This document shows, piece after piece, positions 17,999 to 29,624 of a DNA stretch of 64,000 bases (positions are counted from its first letter, which is position 1; every line of letters begins with the position of its first letter). Origin of the DNA: Halobacteriovoraceae bacterium. Its GTDB lineage: Bacteria > Bdellovibrionota > Bacteriovoracia > Bacteriovoracales > Bacteriovoracaceae. The notes beneath the pieces were generated by a model. It was not told the DNA's origin. It was given only the letters and a program-made list of their open reading frames with translations, and searched no databases. The position numbers and the translations under genes are program-made. The stretch lies in contig CAVRCF010000003.1 of NCBI GenBank assembly GCA_963719505.1, positions 224,001 through 288,000 on the forward strand, given 5' to 3'.

Positions 17999-18026
17999 TT
18001 GTCGGCTATTAGTTGTTAATACTTTA
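17999..18026 (-). promoter_or_regulatory. Sigma28 (FliA)-type promoter
   Basis: Minus strand TAAA-N16-GCCGACAA upstream of the FliL-like gene. Confidence 0.7.
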
Positions 18027-18137
18027 GTATTTTACTCCGTTTTCGGCATTTCTTTCCTAAAATCATAAAAATAAGTCAAATCATTGAAAACTAGGAGCTT
18101 ATTATCGATAAGGAAGTTAGGGAATAGGGAGAATAGA

Positions 18138-18794
18138 ATGTTAAAACCTAACTACTTAAAATTACAAGCTTTATTAGTTATCAGTATGCTTATGAGCTCT
18201 TGTGCGATGCTCGAATACAGAGATTTTGAGGATCAAATGAGTGAATACAGAGATGATGACCTCTCATTTGTACCAAATCAGGACTTTCCTGTTGTGGCCG
18301 GTGACAGCGGTGATATGGGGGGAGGCTTAGAGGTTATATTGAGACGGACTCCGGCAAGTGGAAGTCAGAGAAAACTAAATGCACACGAAAGTTCAATACG
18401 CCAAGAACTCTATGCTCTTGAGGGTCAGCTTCAAGAAGACGAACTGAAGCAATACATAGAAAATAAGGATAAACTTGGAAGTGATTCCCAAAAGATCTAC
18501 TTTCTAAGTCTCGATGAAATGGAGAAGTACGACTACTTGAAAACTCGAGGCCTGGTCGAGAGGGCGGATAATTCCTATTATTCATCAGCTGAAAGGGCCA
18601 TTGCCAGCGTGACCAACGATATTGTCTTAGGCATGGGAAAACAAGAAGTAGCAAGAATCTGGGGACAGCCAGCTCGTGTTGACTATTCGGGCTCAAAAAG
18701 TCTTCAAAATGAGCGTTGGGCGTATCGTCGAAATGACAAAGTAAAATTCATCTATTTCGATTCTGGAGTAGTTGAAGGCTGGACTGAAGAGTAG
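18138..18794 (+). CDS. Lipoprotein with C-terminal BamE/SmpA-like small domain
   Basis: Likely start MLKPN (18138); lipobox MSSC; C-terminal GMGKQEVARIWGQP...ERWAY...IYFDSGVV. Confidence 0.65.
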   Translation: MLKPNYLKLQALLVISMLMSSCAMLEYRDFEDQMSEYRDDDLSFVPNQDFPVVAGDSGDMGGGLEVILRRTPASGSQRKLNAHESSIRQELYALEGQLQEDELKQYIENKDKLGSDSQKIYFLSLDEMEKYDYLKTRGLVERADNSYYSSAERAIASVTNDIVLGMGKQEVARIWGQPARVDYSGSKSLQNERWAYRRNDKVKFIYFDSGVVEGWTEE

Positions 18795-18829
18795 TATATT
18801 GTCCTGATAGACAGAAATTAGGTGAATAT

Positions 18830-19810
18830 ATGGACTTTACATTAGATTTTGAAAAACCTGTTCTAGATCTTGAAATTCAGATCAAAGAACTTAAAGAAGC
18901 CAACGACAAACCCGGCATAGATATTTCCAAAGAAATTAAGGCCCTCCAACTCAAAGTTGATAAAATGATCAACGAGATTTATGGAAACCTCAGTTCATGG
19001 GAGAGAGTGCAACTGTCCAGGCATCCCAAAAGACCTCACGCAATAGACTACATAGAAATGATGGTTAGTGACTTTCATGAACTTCATGGTGACCGTCGTT
19101 ATGCGGATGACCCTTCTATGATTACCGGTTTCGGCTATATTGGTGAACAAAAAATTGCCGTCATTGGAATTGAAAAGGGTCGAAAAACTCAAGATAAAAT
19201 TAAAAGAAACTTCGGAATGGCTTCTCCGGAAGGATATCGTAAAGCGATGCGAATCATGAAAATGGCAAGCACGTTTAAAATTCCAATCGTCACTCTCGTT
19301 GATACTCCGGGTGCATACCCAGGAATTGGGGCAGAAGAGCGAGGTCAAGCTCAAGCCATTGCTGAAAATCTAGAAGAGATGTTTGGCATTGAAGTCCCTA
19401 TTATCTCGGTTGTGATCGGTGAAGGTGGATCTGGTGGAGCTCTTGGTATCGCTATAGCGGATAGAGTCTTTATGATGGAATACTCTATTTATTCAGTCAT
19501 TTCACCAGAGTCATGTGCATCTATCTTGTGGTCGGATCCAAAACAGGCCGAGTTCGCAGCGAACTCTCTTCAGTTAGGACCAGATAAAGCTCGAGAGCTT
19601 GGTATTATTGATGATATAATAAAAGAACCAGTAGGTGGGGCACATAAGAATATTCCAGATGCTATTGAAGCAGTGAAAAAACAAATTGAAAAAGAATTAA
19701 AAAAGTTAATCAAAGTAAAAGCAACGACTCTTATGAATGGAAGATATGAAAAGTTTAGAGTGATGGGCAACCAGACGATCTCAACTTTAAGTGATAGTCC
19801 AGAAAAATAG
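18830..19810 (+). CDS. accA: Acetyl-CoA carboxylase carboxyltransferase alpha subunit
   Basis: LDFEKP, ELHGDR, RNFGM..PEGYRKA, DTPGAYPGIGAEERGQ, GEGGSGGAL. Confidence 0.98.
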   Translation: MDFTLDFEKPVLDLEIQIKELKEANDKPGIDISKEIKALQLKVDKMINEIYGNLSSWERVQLSRHPKRPHAIDYIEMMVSDFHELHGDRRYADDPSMITGFGYIGEQKIAVIGIEKGRKTQDKIKRNFGMASPEGYRKAMRIMKMASTFKIPIVTLVDTPGAYPGIGAEERGQAQAIAENLEEMFGIEVPIISVVIGEGGSGGALGIAIADRVFMMEYSIYSVISPESCASILWSDPKQAEFAANSLQLGPDKARELGIIDDIIKEPVGGAHKNIPDAIEAVKKQIEKELKKLIKVKATTLMNGRYEKFRVMGNQTISTLSDSPEK

Positions 19811-19840
19811 AGTCATCAAAGAAGTGAGAAAGGAAATATA

Positions 19841-20713
19841 ATGCCCATTCAATCAATGACAGGTTTTGGTAAAGGTGAGAAAGAAGGGGAAAAATTCACT
19901 GTCTCTGTTGAATTAAAAACGGTAAATAATCGTTTCAAAGATATTCGCTTTAAAATGAGTAATCTGTTTAACGCCTTTGAACTTCCATTAAAAAAACGAA
20001 TTGAAAAAACTTTCTCAAGAGGAAGTTTTGACGTCTATGTTAACTATAAAAAAATTCAAACAACAAAATCAAATCAAGAAATAGATTATAGTAAAGTTGA
20101 ATCTTTCCTCGTCGAGATGAAAAAAGTTTCAGAAGCGGCGGGAGTTAAACTTAAATTTTCTCCAACAGAGTTTATGAAATCTGATTTCTATGTTGAAGAT
20201 GAATCCAAAGAAGAAGAGCTTACAGTACTTTTAAATCCAGCTTTTGAGGATGCCATTAAGGCCCTAGAAGCTTCAAGGGTAGAAGAGGGAACGAAGCTTG
20301 TTGAGAAGTTAAAAGAGCACGCAGAGGCTTACAAAGAGCACTTTGAGCATGTGAAAAATCTCAAAGGTACCTATCAGGAAAAAGTAAAAGAGAAACTAGA
20401 GAAGAGATTTGAAAGTGATGCCTCTGGATTAAATATCGATGAACCAAGGTTCCTTCAAGAAATAATATACTACTTAGAAAAACTTGATATTGATGAAGAG
20501 ATTAATCGCATTGTTATTCACCTTGATAAACTTGAAAGTATCTTTAAGATGCCAAGTGAGATTGGAAGACAGATTGACTTTCTCGTTCAAGAACTCAATA
20601 GAGAGACAAATACGATCGGAAGTAAGTCCGGCAATAGTGAAATCTCAGCCCATGTCGTACAGATGAAAGTACAGTTAGAAAAGATTAGAGAACAAGCCCT
20701 AAACTTAGAATAG
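19841..20713 (+). CDS. yicC: YicC/YloC family endoribonuclease
   Basis: SMTGFG start, VNNRF, DIDEEINR, GRQIDFLVQELNRETNTIGSK, EKIREQALNLE. Confidence 0.95.
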   Translation: MPIQSMTGFGKGEKEGEKFTVSVELKTVNNRFKDIRFKMSNLFNAFELPLKKRIEKTFSRGSFDVYVNYKKIQTTKSNQEIDYSKVESFLVEMKKVSEAAGVKLKFSPTEFMKSDFYVEDESKEEELTVLLNPAFEDAIKALEASRVEEGTKLVEKLKEHAEAYKEHFEHVKNLKGTYQEKVKEKLEKRFESDASGLNIDEPRFLQEIIYYLEKLDIDEEINRIVIHLDKLESIFKMPSEIGRQIDFLVQELNRETNTIGSKSGNSEISAHVVQMKVQLEKIREQALNLE

Positions 20714-20723
20714 AGGAATCGTT

Positions 20724-21293
20724 GTGAGTACCAGAGGAAAGATTATTGTTATCGTTGCTCCCAGTGGAACTGGTAAGTCAACTTTGCTTAAAAAGCTTAT
20801 GGAAGAGGTTCCGTCCCTTAACTGGTCAGTCTCTTGTACAACGAGACCCAAAAGAACGGGTGAGAAAGATGGCGTTGATTACTTTTATATAACGACTAAA
20901 GACTTTGAAAACCGCATAGAAAATAATGAGTTTATTGAGTACGCAAAAGTGCATTCTAATTATTACGGCACGTCGAAAGTCTTTGTTGATCAAGGACTCT
21001 CAAGTGGACAACATCTTCTTTTTGACCTGGATGTCCAGGGATGTGATTCGATAAAGAAGATCTATGGGGATGAAGCCAATATTATTTTTATCGAACCCCC
21101 AAGTGTTGATGCCTTAAGGCAGAGGCTTACAGGAAGAGGGACAGATAACCCCGATGTCATTGCTGAGAGATTAAAAAACTCTATAGAAGAGCTTAAAAGA
21201 AAAGATGATTTTGATTTCAATGTTGTTAATGACGATATTGATAAAGCATATAGAGAATTAAAAGAGATAGTTCTAAAAATACTGGAGAAGTAG
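20724..21293 (+). CDS. gmk: Guanylate kinase
   Basis: APSGTGKST, SCTTRPKRTGEKDGVDYFY, DLDVQG. Confidence 0.97.
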   Translation: MSTRGKIIVIVAPSGTGKSTLLKKLMEEVPSLNWSVSCTTRPKRTGEKDGVDYFYITTKDFENRIENNEFIEYAKVHSNYYGTSKVFVDQGLSSGQHLLFDLDVQGCDSIKKIYGDEANIIFIEPPSVDALRQRLTGRGTDNPDVIAERLKNSIEELKRKDDFDFNVVNDDIDKAYRELKEIVLKILEK

Positions 21294-23500
21294 TTGTACG
21301 ATCGGATAGATTTCTCACATGAAGGCGACCTCACGGTTGATGAGCTGGCCAAAAGAATTAAATATCATTTACCAGAGGTGAAAGAGGAAGAAGATTTTAC
21401 TCCTGAGGAAAGCTTTCGACTTTGCCGATCACCACCATAAGCCTCAAAAAAGAAGTTCCGGTGAGCCTTATATTATTCATCCTCTGAATGTCGCAGCAAC
21501 GTTAATCAAATTACAAATGGACATTGAAAGCATTATCGGTGGCATACTCCACGATGTTGTTGAGGACTGTGACGTTTCTGAACAAGATATTGTTGAAGGC
21601 TTTGGTGTTGGGATTGCTGATATTGTTATCGGTTGTACTAAAATTTCTAAAATTAAATTTAAAACTAAAGAAGAATCCCAAGCGGAAAACTTTCGAAAGA
21701 TGGTTGTGGCCATGGCCAAAGATATTCGCGTCATCATTGTGAAGCTTGCCGACAGAATGCATAATATGCTCACTTTGCAGTATGTTTCAAAAGAGAAGCA
21801 AGTTAAAAAAGCTCAAGAGACTCTCGATATCTATGTTCCCTTGGCAAGTCGTCTTGGTATTAACTCAGTAAAAAGTGAACTTGAAGATTTGTGCCTGCGT
21901 TTTCTCCATCCAGAGAGCTATTACCGCCTAGCTGAAAAAGTCTCGATGAAAAAAAGTGTTCGAGAAAAATATATTCGAGACACTGTCAGAATGATTAAAG
22001 AGAAACTCGCTGAGTTTGGAGTTAAAGGTGAGGTGTATGGACGCCCTAAGCATTTCTACTCTATCTATAAAAAAATGAGTAACAGAGAAGTGGACTTTGA
22101 TCAAATTCAAGACCTCCTCGCCTTTAGAATAATGGTTAGTAATATAACTGAATGTTATAAATCTCTAGGAGTTATTCACTCTTCTTTTACTCCCGTGCCA
22201 GGGCGCTTTAAAGACTATATCGCTATCCCAAAAGTGAATGACTATCAATCTCTTCACACCACAGTCATCGGTCCACAAGCTGAGAGAATTGAGATTCAGA
22301 TTCGAACCCATGAAATGCATGAAGTTGCGGAGACAGGGGTTGCGGCACATTGGAAGTATAAAGAAGGAGCTGTCAAAGATCTGAATAAACTCAAGTGGGT
22401 GGAAGAACTCATGGAGTTCGATAGAGATATCCATGCAAGTTCTGAGTTTATGGATTTGGTAAAAAATGACCTAGAAGGTGAGGGAATTTTTATCTTTACC
22501 CCATCGGGAGATGTTAAAGAGTTGCGCTACGGAGCTGGACCACTTGATTTTGCTTACGCCGTTCACACAGATGTGGGAAATAGATGCGTTGGGGCCAAGG
22601 TCAACGGTAAGATGGTTCCTTTAAAACATAAATTAAAGTCTGGAGATACAGTTGAAGTTTTAACAAGTAAAACTCAGACTCCAAGTAAAGATTGGTTAAA
22701 GGTTGTTCGAACCTCTCGGGCCAGAACAAAGATTAAGCAATATCTGTTACAAATTGAACGAGACAAAAATAGAGAAATTGGTGAGGAGATGCTTGAAAAA
22801 GTGTTGAGGTCTTATAGTACGAGCGTAAAAGCTCTCGATAAAAAAAAGGACTTTCCCAAAATCTTTACCGCCCTTCGTGTTAAAACGATGGATGAGCTTT
22901 TTCAAAATATTGGTGCGGGAAGAATATCGGTCAAGAAAGTTCTTGAGCATGCTGAGTCTATTGAATACGTAAATGAAGAAGATGCTCAAAAGGAAGCCAA
23001 GTCAAAAGAGTTTGATACTCTCTACAAGCAGCTTTCCAACACGGCAAAGAAGTCTTCTAATAAAGACAATGCCGTCATCGTTGATGGTCTTGATGATATT
23101 GTCGTTAGGATGGGGAAGTGTTGTAATCCAATCCCTGGTGACCCTATTATGGGGTTTATTACCAGAGGTCGTGGTATTACCGTTCACACCAACAAATGTT
23201 CAAGAGTTGATGACTTTGATGATATGAGAAAAGTTGATGTTGAGTGGAACTCCTCTTATGCTTTCACCCACTCTGTGAACTTAAGAGTAATCGTTCACGA
23301 TCGACCGGGAATTTTATCCAGGATCTCGAATAATATAAATAGCTTAAACGTGAATATAAAAAGTGCGATCGCAAAGAGTATGCCTGATCTCAAAGGAAGC
23401 TTTCTTTTTGAAATTGAAGTTAAAGGCTACTCAGAATTTCTTGAAAGTTGTAAGTATCATTGAGGCGATGGAAGAAGTCATAACGGTGTCGAGAGCTTAA
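21294..23500 (+). CDS. spoT: Bifunctional (p)ppGpp synthetase/hydrolase RelA/SpoT, with frameshifts near 21393 and 23438
   Basis: TTG start 21294. A shifted frame gives KAFDFADHHHKPQKRSSGEPYIIHP, then LHDVVED, GRPKH, YQSLHT, EIQIRT, TGS and ACT domains. A shifted C-terminus FLKVVSIIEAMEEVITVSRA ends at 23500. Confidence 0.93.
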
Positions 23501-23799
23501 TGGAAGACTTTAGAAATCCAAGAGAAGTTATAGTTTTAAAAAAGCGCAGAAATACTTTGTTGAGGCTCAACTTCTTTACTCTTTTCGTTATTGCATTTAG
23601 TTTTTCTAGTTTTTTGATGGACTTTTATCTTGTGGAATCACTTATCACTTTTGGTATCTCGTTTATTGTATTTCTCTTTATCCGCTATCAGCTCTTTAAG
23701 ACTAAACTTAAGATCTACAGTCCAGAAGTCTTTACTGAGCAGGGTGAATTTAAACCCAATAAAGACGATTTAAAATATATTCATGGTAGCGGTCGCTAA
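23500..23799 (+). CDS. Small two-TM membrane protein
   Basis: Start overlaps the corrected spoT stop (TAATG); two hydrophobic segments. Confidence 0.6.
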   Translation: MEDFRNPREVIVLKKRRNTLLRLNFFTLFVIAFSFSSFLMDFYLVESLITFGISFIVFLFIRYQLFKTKLKIYSPEVFTEQGEFKPNKDDLKYIHGSGR

Positions 23800-24260
23800 A
23801 GAGAATCAATAGCAATAAAAAGGATACCTGTGGGGTTACCAGCAAACCACTCAGCCACAAGAAACCTATCTGTAAGCTCATGAATATCTTGAGTATTTCT
23901 TTGAACGTAATCCATGGTCTTATAGAGATTTTCAATTAAAACTTTTTGATAAAGTGAATTAAATCTAATTTTACATCTTATTGATAGCTCGTCGGCTTGA
24001 AGACAATGGGCTCTTCCAAAGTATGAGTTTAGGTGATTAACGCCAGCATCATTTCTTTCAAACTTAATTTCATAGGCGAAGGCAGATGCAATTTCTGGTG
24101 GCATCGTAAAGCTTAGAGAGTCAGGAGAAATTTTAATATTTTTAACGTTAAAATCGGCCAAGGGACGAAGAGCTGGTTCATCAATAGGAACTATAAAGTG
24201 CCCATTCATGGCATTTGCTGCAGCGCTTAAGAAGGCGATAAGGATTAAGATGTTTTTCAT
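23796..24260 (-). CDS. Hypothetical secreted protein
   Basis: Signal peptide MKNILILIAFLSAAANA. Confidence 0.7.
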   Translation of the reverse strand: MKNILILIAFLSAAANAMNGHFIVPIDEPALRPLADFNVKNIKISPDSLSFTMPPEIASAFAYEIKFERNDAGVNHLNSYFGRAHCLQADELSIRCKIRFNSLYQKVLIENLYKTMDYVQRNTQDIHELTDRFLVAEWFAGNPTGILFIAIDSL

Positions 24261-24425
24261 AATGAGTAATTCGCTGTTTGCTCGGTCTTTGTCAAGACGC
24301 TGACCGTGCGATTTTAAGCTTTAAGTGTGTAAGTTCCTCCTTATGTGTTGAAATCACTTAAAATACTGTGTTTTACATGAAATAATTAAGTCCATCTAAA
24401 GAAGAAGCGTTCAAACGATGGAGAT

Positions 24426-25226
24426 TTGATGAAAAAGGGACTTTTAGTCGCAACTTTTGGCCTGATGCTTAATTGTGGCTTTGCAGCAGAGTTTATGGAG
24501 TTTGGTGCAAACGATTTCGTTCAAGAGGACTATAAGACGAGTAATTGGCTCTTTGAGATGGGTTATAATTACTTACCCTATGAAGTAGTCCTACCTGCTT
24601 ATGATGGAGCCTTCGATAATTTTAAGGCTGAAGAAGATGCAAAACTCTCTGGCTTGAGCTTGGGTTTTGGTGGACAGATATATTTCGGTGCAGGTCTATC
24701 AACGACGATTAAGATTGTAGCGACTCATTATAGAGATTTTGAAGATGTTCAATCTAAAGCCGCAGAAGATATTGATCTAGACCTCATCGATCTCGATTAT
24801 AAGCATGAAGTAAGTACTGGTGAGGCTTCCGGTTCATTGGATTATCTTATTGAGACTGAGTATTTTGGCGTTCAGCCTTTTATTGCCTTTGCAGTGGGGA
24901 TTGGAGAATCGAGAGCTGAAAGAGATTATAAATATGAAGGATTATCCGGGGGTACAAACCCAAACCCTGAGATGTATGACGTAGAGGCGATTGAAAGATT
25001 TAATTATAATAAGCTGACTTTAGGGGTTAACTTTATTTCTAATATCGGTCTGACTTCTTATATAACTGTCAGTCAGTATAGTACGGTAAAGACTGAAAGA
25101 GAGTTTAAAGGTGAATTCACGACTCAGTCACAGCAAACAGCTCAGTCGGTGGATGAAAAATTTGAGGATCTCGATGAGGATTCAAGCGAGACTGTGGCAA
25201 GTGTAGGCTTTGGTTATTTATTTTAA
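24426..25226 (+). CDS. Acidic outer-membrane beta-barrel protein
   Basis: Signal peptide, amphipathic strands, C-terminal ASVGFGYLF beta-signal. Confidence 0.75.
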   Translation: MMKKGLLVATFGLMLNCGFAAEFMEFGANDFVQEDYKTSNWLFEMGYNYLPYEVVLPAYDGAFDNFKAEEDAKLSGLSLGFGGQIYFGAGLSTTIKIVATHYRDFEDVQSKAAEDIDLDLIDLDYKHEVSTGEASGSLDYLIETEYFGVQPFIAFAVGIGESRAERDYKYEGLSGGTNPNPEMYDVEAIERFNYNKLTLGVNFISNIGLTSYITVSQYSTVKTEREFKGEFTTQSQQTAQSVDEKFEDLDEDSSETVASVGFGYLF

Positions 25227-25244
25227 AAAGCAGTAAGGATTTTA

Positions 25245-26152
25245 ATGAAAAAAACAGCAACGATTTTACTTATGTCCTCTATGCTTTTCTCTTGTGGGAA
25301 AACGGAGGAGAAGTTTCTCTTTAAAAAAGGCAGCCAAGACTATAATGCGGCTAATGCAGCTAAAGCTGAAGAGTGTAAAAAAGATAATGCCAGACTTATA
25401 GACAACTTAACAAAGTCTTCAGCCTTTAAAAACCTTTTTGCCTCAGGTGTTAGACGAGAGAGTTTTTAAGATTACGCGAAAGAGAACTTAGACAGAATCA
25501 GAAAGCCTTACAGATAAAGATGATAAAAGAGCAGGCCTTCCATTTTTTCAGTATATTAGAATTATAAAACCACTCGTTGATGGTGATGACATGACTGTCG
25601 TTTTCTCTTCCTCTGGAAACTCAGAGTGGGATGGACAAAAGTCAAAAACTTTTCAATTCTCTGAAGCGAGTAGCACTGAGATTCAAAATGAAATTGTTAA
25701 TGGAGCTTGTAACTCAGCCACTGATTCTTACTCAGGTTCTATTGGATCAAGCACAACACAAATTCAGTTTAGTGATGAAAGAACACTAACAACTGAGGTC
25801 GATGATAAAGATCAGATTCAAAAACAAGTGAAAGAGAGTTTTACTCTTAAGTCTGGACTTCCGCTTTTCTTTTACCGCTACAATGGATCTGTTGAACGTT
25901 TCGAAAGAGTAAGTTCAAGTGCCACGACAAAAACAATCTACTCTGCTCCGACAGTGGAGATGATGAACTCAACCTCGCAACTGAACGAACTCTATGTCAG
26001 AACAATACGGATAATGACAATGGAGACTTTACTGGATGTAGTGATGTGTTACTGGATTCAGGGATTCAGAGTTGTGTTTTAATGTGACAAGTCTCATGCT
26101 CAAAATGCTAATCCAGACACTTATTTGACATTTTTTACAGTGTCTGTGACCC
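25245..26152 (+). CDS. Lipoprotein broken by several frameshifts (end approximate)
   Basis: Lipobox LFSC. The frame of ORF 25591..26082 is open from about 25490 (TESESLTDKDD...). Further frame switches near 25460 and 25965. Confidence 0.5.
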
Positions 26153-26806
26153 TTAATCATTCCAAAAAATCAAAAACGTCGTTGTTCGAATAAGCTTATA
26201 AACTTCTTTGAACAACTTCTTTAAATTTCTCGTTTCCGTGTAATCCATGGGAATACTTTCGAAATAAAAATTATAGTTCTCATTTTCAGATTGTAGACGA
26301 TTTAAGATTAATGAAATTCTTCTGATATGATAGTCGCTTGAGATGATAAGAATATTTTTATGGGCTTTTAAACTCGCTAGGTAATTAAAGGTGGCGATAG
26401 CATTTTCAACAGTATTTCTCGCAAGATAGTCGATCTCTATATGATGGCCCTCTGTCCTTAAGAACTCTTCGACAGAAATATCTCTTCCTTGTTTATCCAC
26501 AAGAGTTTTTAAATTATTTTTTGCATAGACCCCAGAGATAAAAACTTTACTCGAAGGGTAGTTCTCAATTTTTTTGAAGGTGTAATCAAGTCTTCCAGAA
26601 TCCCCAGTATAAACAGCTATGAGATCGGGAGATTTTTTAAAGAAGGCCAGTTTCGTGATTTCATTTTGATCTTTGGCATAAATAGGAAGATAGATGCAAA
26701 GAAGAACAAATGTTGCAGAGATCGCGCCCAAAAACAAGACCAGGTTTCTAAACAGTCTTCTTGAGCGCGTGCTTTTTGATTCAAATATATACTTTCTATT
26801 AAACAT
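26153..26806 (-). CDS. YdcF/ElyC (DUF218) family envelope protein
   Basis: N-terminal TM, VYTGDSGR, ISG, ARNTVENA, SSDYHIRR. Confidence 0.85.
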   Translation of the reverse strand: MFNRKYIFESKSTRSRRLFRNLVLFLGAISATFVLLCIYLPIYAKDQNEITKLAFFKKSPDLIAVYTGDSGRLDYTFKKIENYPSSKVFISGVYAKNNLKTLVDKQGRDISVEEFLRTEGHHIEIDYLARNTVENAIATFNYLASLKAHKNILIISSDYHIRRISLILNRLQSENENYNFYFESIPMDYTETRNLKKLFKEVYKLIRTTTFLIFWND

Positions 26807-27192
26807 TAAGCTTTAGCTGCAATAACTTCGATTTCAACTAATGCACCTTTAGGTAAAGCAGGTACTTGAACACAGCTTCTTGCTGGATACGGTTCAGAGA
26901 AGTACTCTACATATGCGGCGTTTACCTTGTCGAAGTTCCCAAGATCAGTAACAAAAATTGAAGTCTTCAAAATATGAGACCTTGTTATTTTACAGTGCTC
27001 AAGTAATCCATCGATGTTCTTCATAATCTGTTTGGTTTGATCTTCAAATGAGTCCAGAAGTTTTCCTGTTTTAGGATCAATTCCAATTTGACCAGAGAAA
27101 TAAAAAACACCGCCGTGCTCAACCCCTTGAGAGTAAGTTCCAACGGCACTTGGTGCAAGATCTGTACTAATAATATTTTTTTCAAAACTCAT
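26806..27192 (-). CDS. ridA: RidA/YjgF family enamine deaminase
   Basis: APSAVGTYSQG, SGQIG, PARSCVQVPALPKGALVEIE. Confidence 0.95.
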   Translation of the reverse strand: MSFEKNIISTDLAPSAVGTYSQGVEHGGVFYFSGQIGIDPKTGKLLDSFEDQTKQIMKNIDGLLEHCKITRSHILKTSIFVTDLGNFDKVNAAYVEYFSEPYPARSCVQVPALPKGALVEIEVIAAKA

Positions 27193-27199
27193 ACGTTTC

Positions 27200-29465
27200 C
27201 TATTTTTTTAGCTCACTTAAAAGAGTTGTTAAGTGAGTCATGTTGATAATCTCTTCCACTGTTGATGTTCTTTGAACGATGTTGATTGGGTAATCCATTG
27301 GGGCCATGATTGGTCCAATTGGTGTACACTCACTCAGTTGTGAAAGAAGTTTATAGCTAATATTTGCTGACTGAAGATCAGGGAAAATTAAAATATCAGC
27401 AGGTCTTTTTAAGTCAGAAAACTTGAAAAGGTTTCCTCGAATAATTTCGTTAACGGCAACATCCGCTTGCATTTCACCCTCAACCATAAGGTCTGGGTTT
27501 CTTTTCTTAGTAAGCTTCACCGCTTCAATAATTTTCATCGTGTTTGGATCAATATTCGAACCAAAGTTTGAATAACTTAAAAAGGCTACGGCAGGGTCTT
27601 TTTGCATAAGCTTTTTATACAGATTCGTCACCGATTCTGCTGTTGTTGCTAAGTTCTTCAGCAGATGGATTTCTTTGCACTGTACAGTCAGCGAGGAAAA
27701 GGACTCTGTTTTTAAAGACCAGAATCATAACTCCAGCCGTTTTAGCATCTTTACTTCCACCAGTGGTTTTCATGATTGGGCCAAAACAGTCAGGATAGTT
27801 TTGCGTTGTCCCGGTGATCATAGCATCGGCGTGCCCTTTTTTAACCATCATAGAGCCAAAGTAGTTTCCATTTTTCATGGAGTCTTCACTAAGTGAAAGA
27901 GTTGCCCCACGTCTTTGTCTTTCGGTATGGTAAGTCTGGTAATAGTCTTCAAAGTTTTTATCGTAGACTGGACGAATAATTTTTATTTTATCTTTAATGG
28001 CCAAGATTCCATATTTTTCCATTCGTGCATGAATTTGTTTTTCATGACCAAGAAGAATTGGTTCAATCTTTCCTTCTTCCACAAGGATCGAAACTGCTTG
28101 AAGAACACGACCATTAGTTCCTTCGGCAAAGACGACCTTTCTTTTAGCATTAGGACTTAGTCTTGAACGAATCATTCTCATAAAGCCATCAGCCTGACCC
28201 ATTCTTGCTTCAAGTTGAAGAGCGTATTGATTGAAATCTTTAATCTCTATTCTGTTAACTCCGGTCTCCATACCAGCTTTGGCAACAGCTGGTGAAACTC
28301 GAGTAAGAACTCTTTTATCAAATGGTTTTGGGATTAAATAATCTTTTCCAAATTTAAAGTCCTCTCCACCGTATGCACTTTTTACATCTTCAGGAACTTC
28401 TTCCTTTGCAAGATTTGCCAGAGCATGAACAGCAGCTATTTTCATTTCTTCATTGATTGCCGTCGCTCTGATGTCGAGGGCCCCTCTAAAGATGAAGGGA
28501 AATCCCAACACGTTATTTACTTGGTTTGGATAATCAGTTCGTCCAGTGGCCATAATTGCATCATCACGAACTTCCGCAACTTCTTCAGGTGTAATTTCAG
28601 GATCTGGGTTTGCCATTGCAAAGATAATTGGATTTTTGGCCATGGCACGAACCATATCTTTACTAACAACGCCTTTTGCTGAGCATCCCATAAAGGCATC
28701 CGCTCCATCCATAGCATCACCTAAAGTTCTCGCTGTTGTCTCAACTGCAAAATCTTCTTTATATGGATTCATCCCTTCTGTTCGACCTTGATATATAACG
28801 CCTTTGGAATCACACATAAGAAGATTTTTTGGTTGGACTCCAAGAGTAAAAAAGAGTTTTGCAATCGCCATAGACGCTGCACCAGCTCCACTGAAGACAA
28901 CTTTTGTTTTAGAAATATCTCTTTTGGTTAAGTCTATCGCATTTAAAAAACCTGCAGTCGCAATAATAGCTGTCCCATGTTGATCGTCGTGAAAAACGGG
29001 AATATCTAGTTTTTGTAATTGCTTTTCAACTTCAAAACATTCAGGTGCTTTAATATCTTCAAGGTTTATTCCTCCAAAGGTTGGAGCAATGGCCGTAACA
29101 GCTGAGACCATCTCTTCTACAGTGGTGCAGTCTAGTTCGATATCAAAGACATCAATATCTGCAAATCTTTTAAAGAGAACGCCTTTACCTTCCATCACTG
29201 GTTTTCCAGCAAGGGCACCAATATTTCCTAAACCTAAAACGGCTGAACCGTTTGAGACAACGCCGACCAAGTTTCCTTTTGCGGTATACTTGTAAGCATC
29301 TTCAGGATTTTTTGCGATCTCTAAACAAGGCTCTGCAACCCCTGGGGAGTAAGCTAAAGAGAGGTCTCTTGAAGTGATACACGGCTTAGTTGCGATGACT
29401 TCGATTTTTCCTGGTCTTCCGCTAGAATGGTACTCAAGTGCTTGATTTCTTTTCTGATCTTTCAC
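27200..29465 (-). CDS. maeB: NADP-dependent malic enzyme with PTA domain, frameshift near 27650
   Basis: [32 protein letters not shown]. The PTA domain continues in ORF 27200..27631 ([23 protein letters not shown]). Likely GTG start at 29465. Confidence 0.93.
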
Positions 29466-29624
29466 GTTATTTCCTTTAATAATTTTTAGACATACTCTCT
29501 TAAAAGTTACGATTTTTCTAGTGGTTTGCAAGGTGTCAAATCTTTAACTTTCATTAAATCATCAAAATAAGTATAGTGAGCACATGAAATTTTTAAAGAC
29601 TGACATTATCGTGATGAGTCATCA

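Noticed and set aside
18084..18111. Extra sigma28-like promoters (TGAA-N15-ATCGATAA here; GTCGATAC at 62341; TCAA-N15-GCCCAAAG near 44165-44190)
   Set aside because: One of the two elements is too degenerate in each case to call by eye in an AT-rich genome.
21294..23500. Programmed frameshifting or true pseudogenisation of spoT, maeB and mtaB
   Set aside because: There are no consistent slippery heptamers, indel directions are mixed and no other decay is present; sequencing error is more parsimonious.
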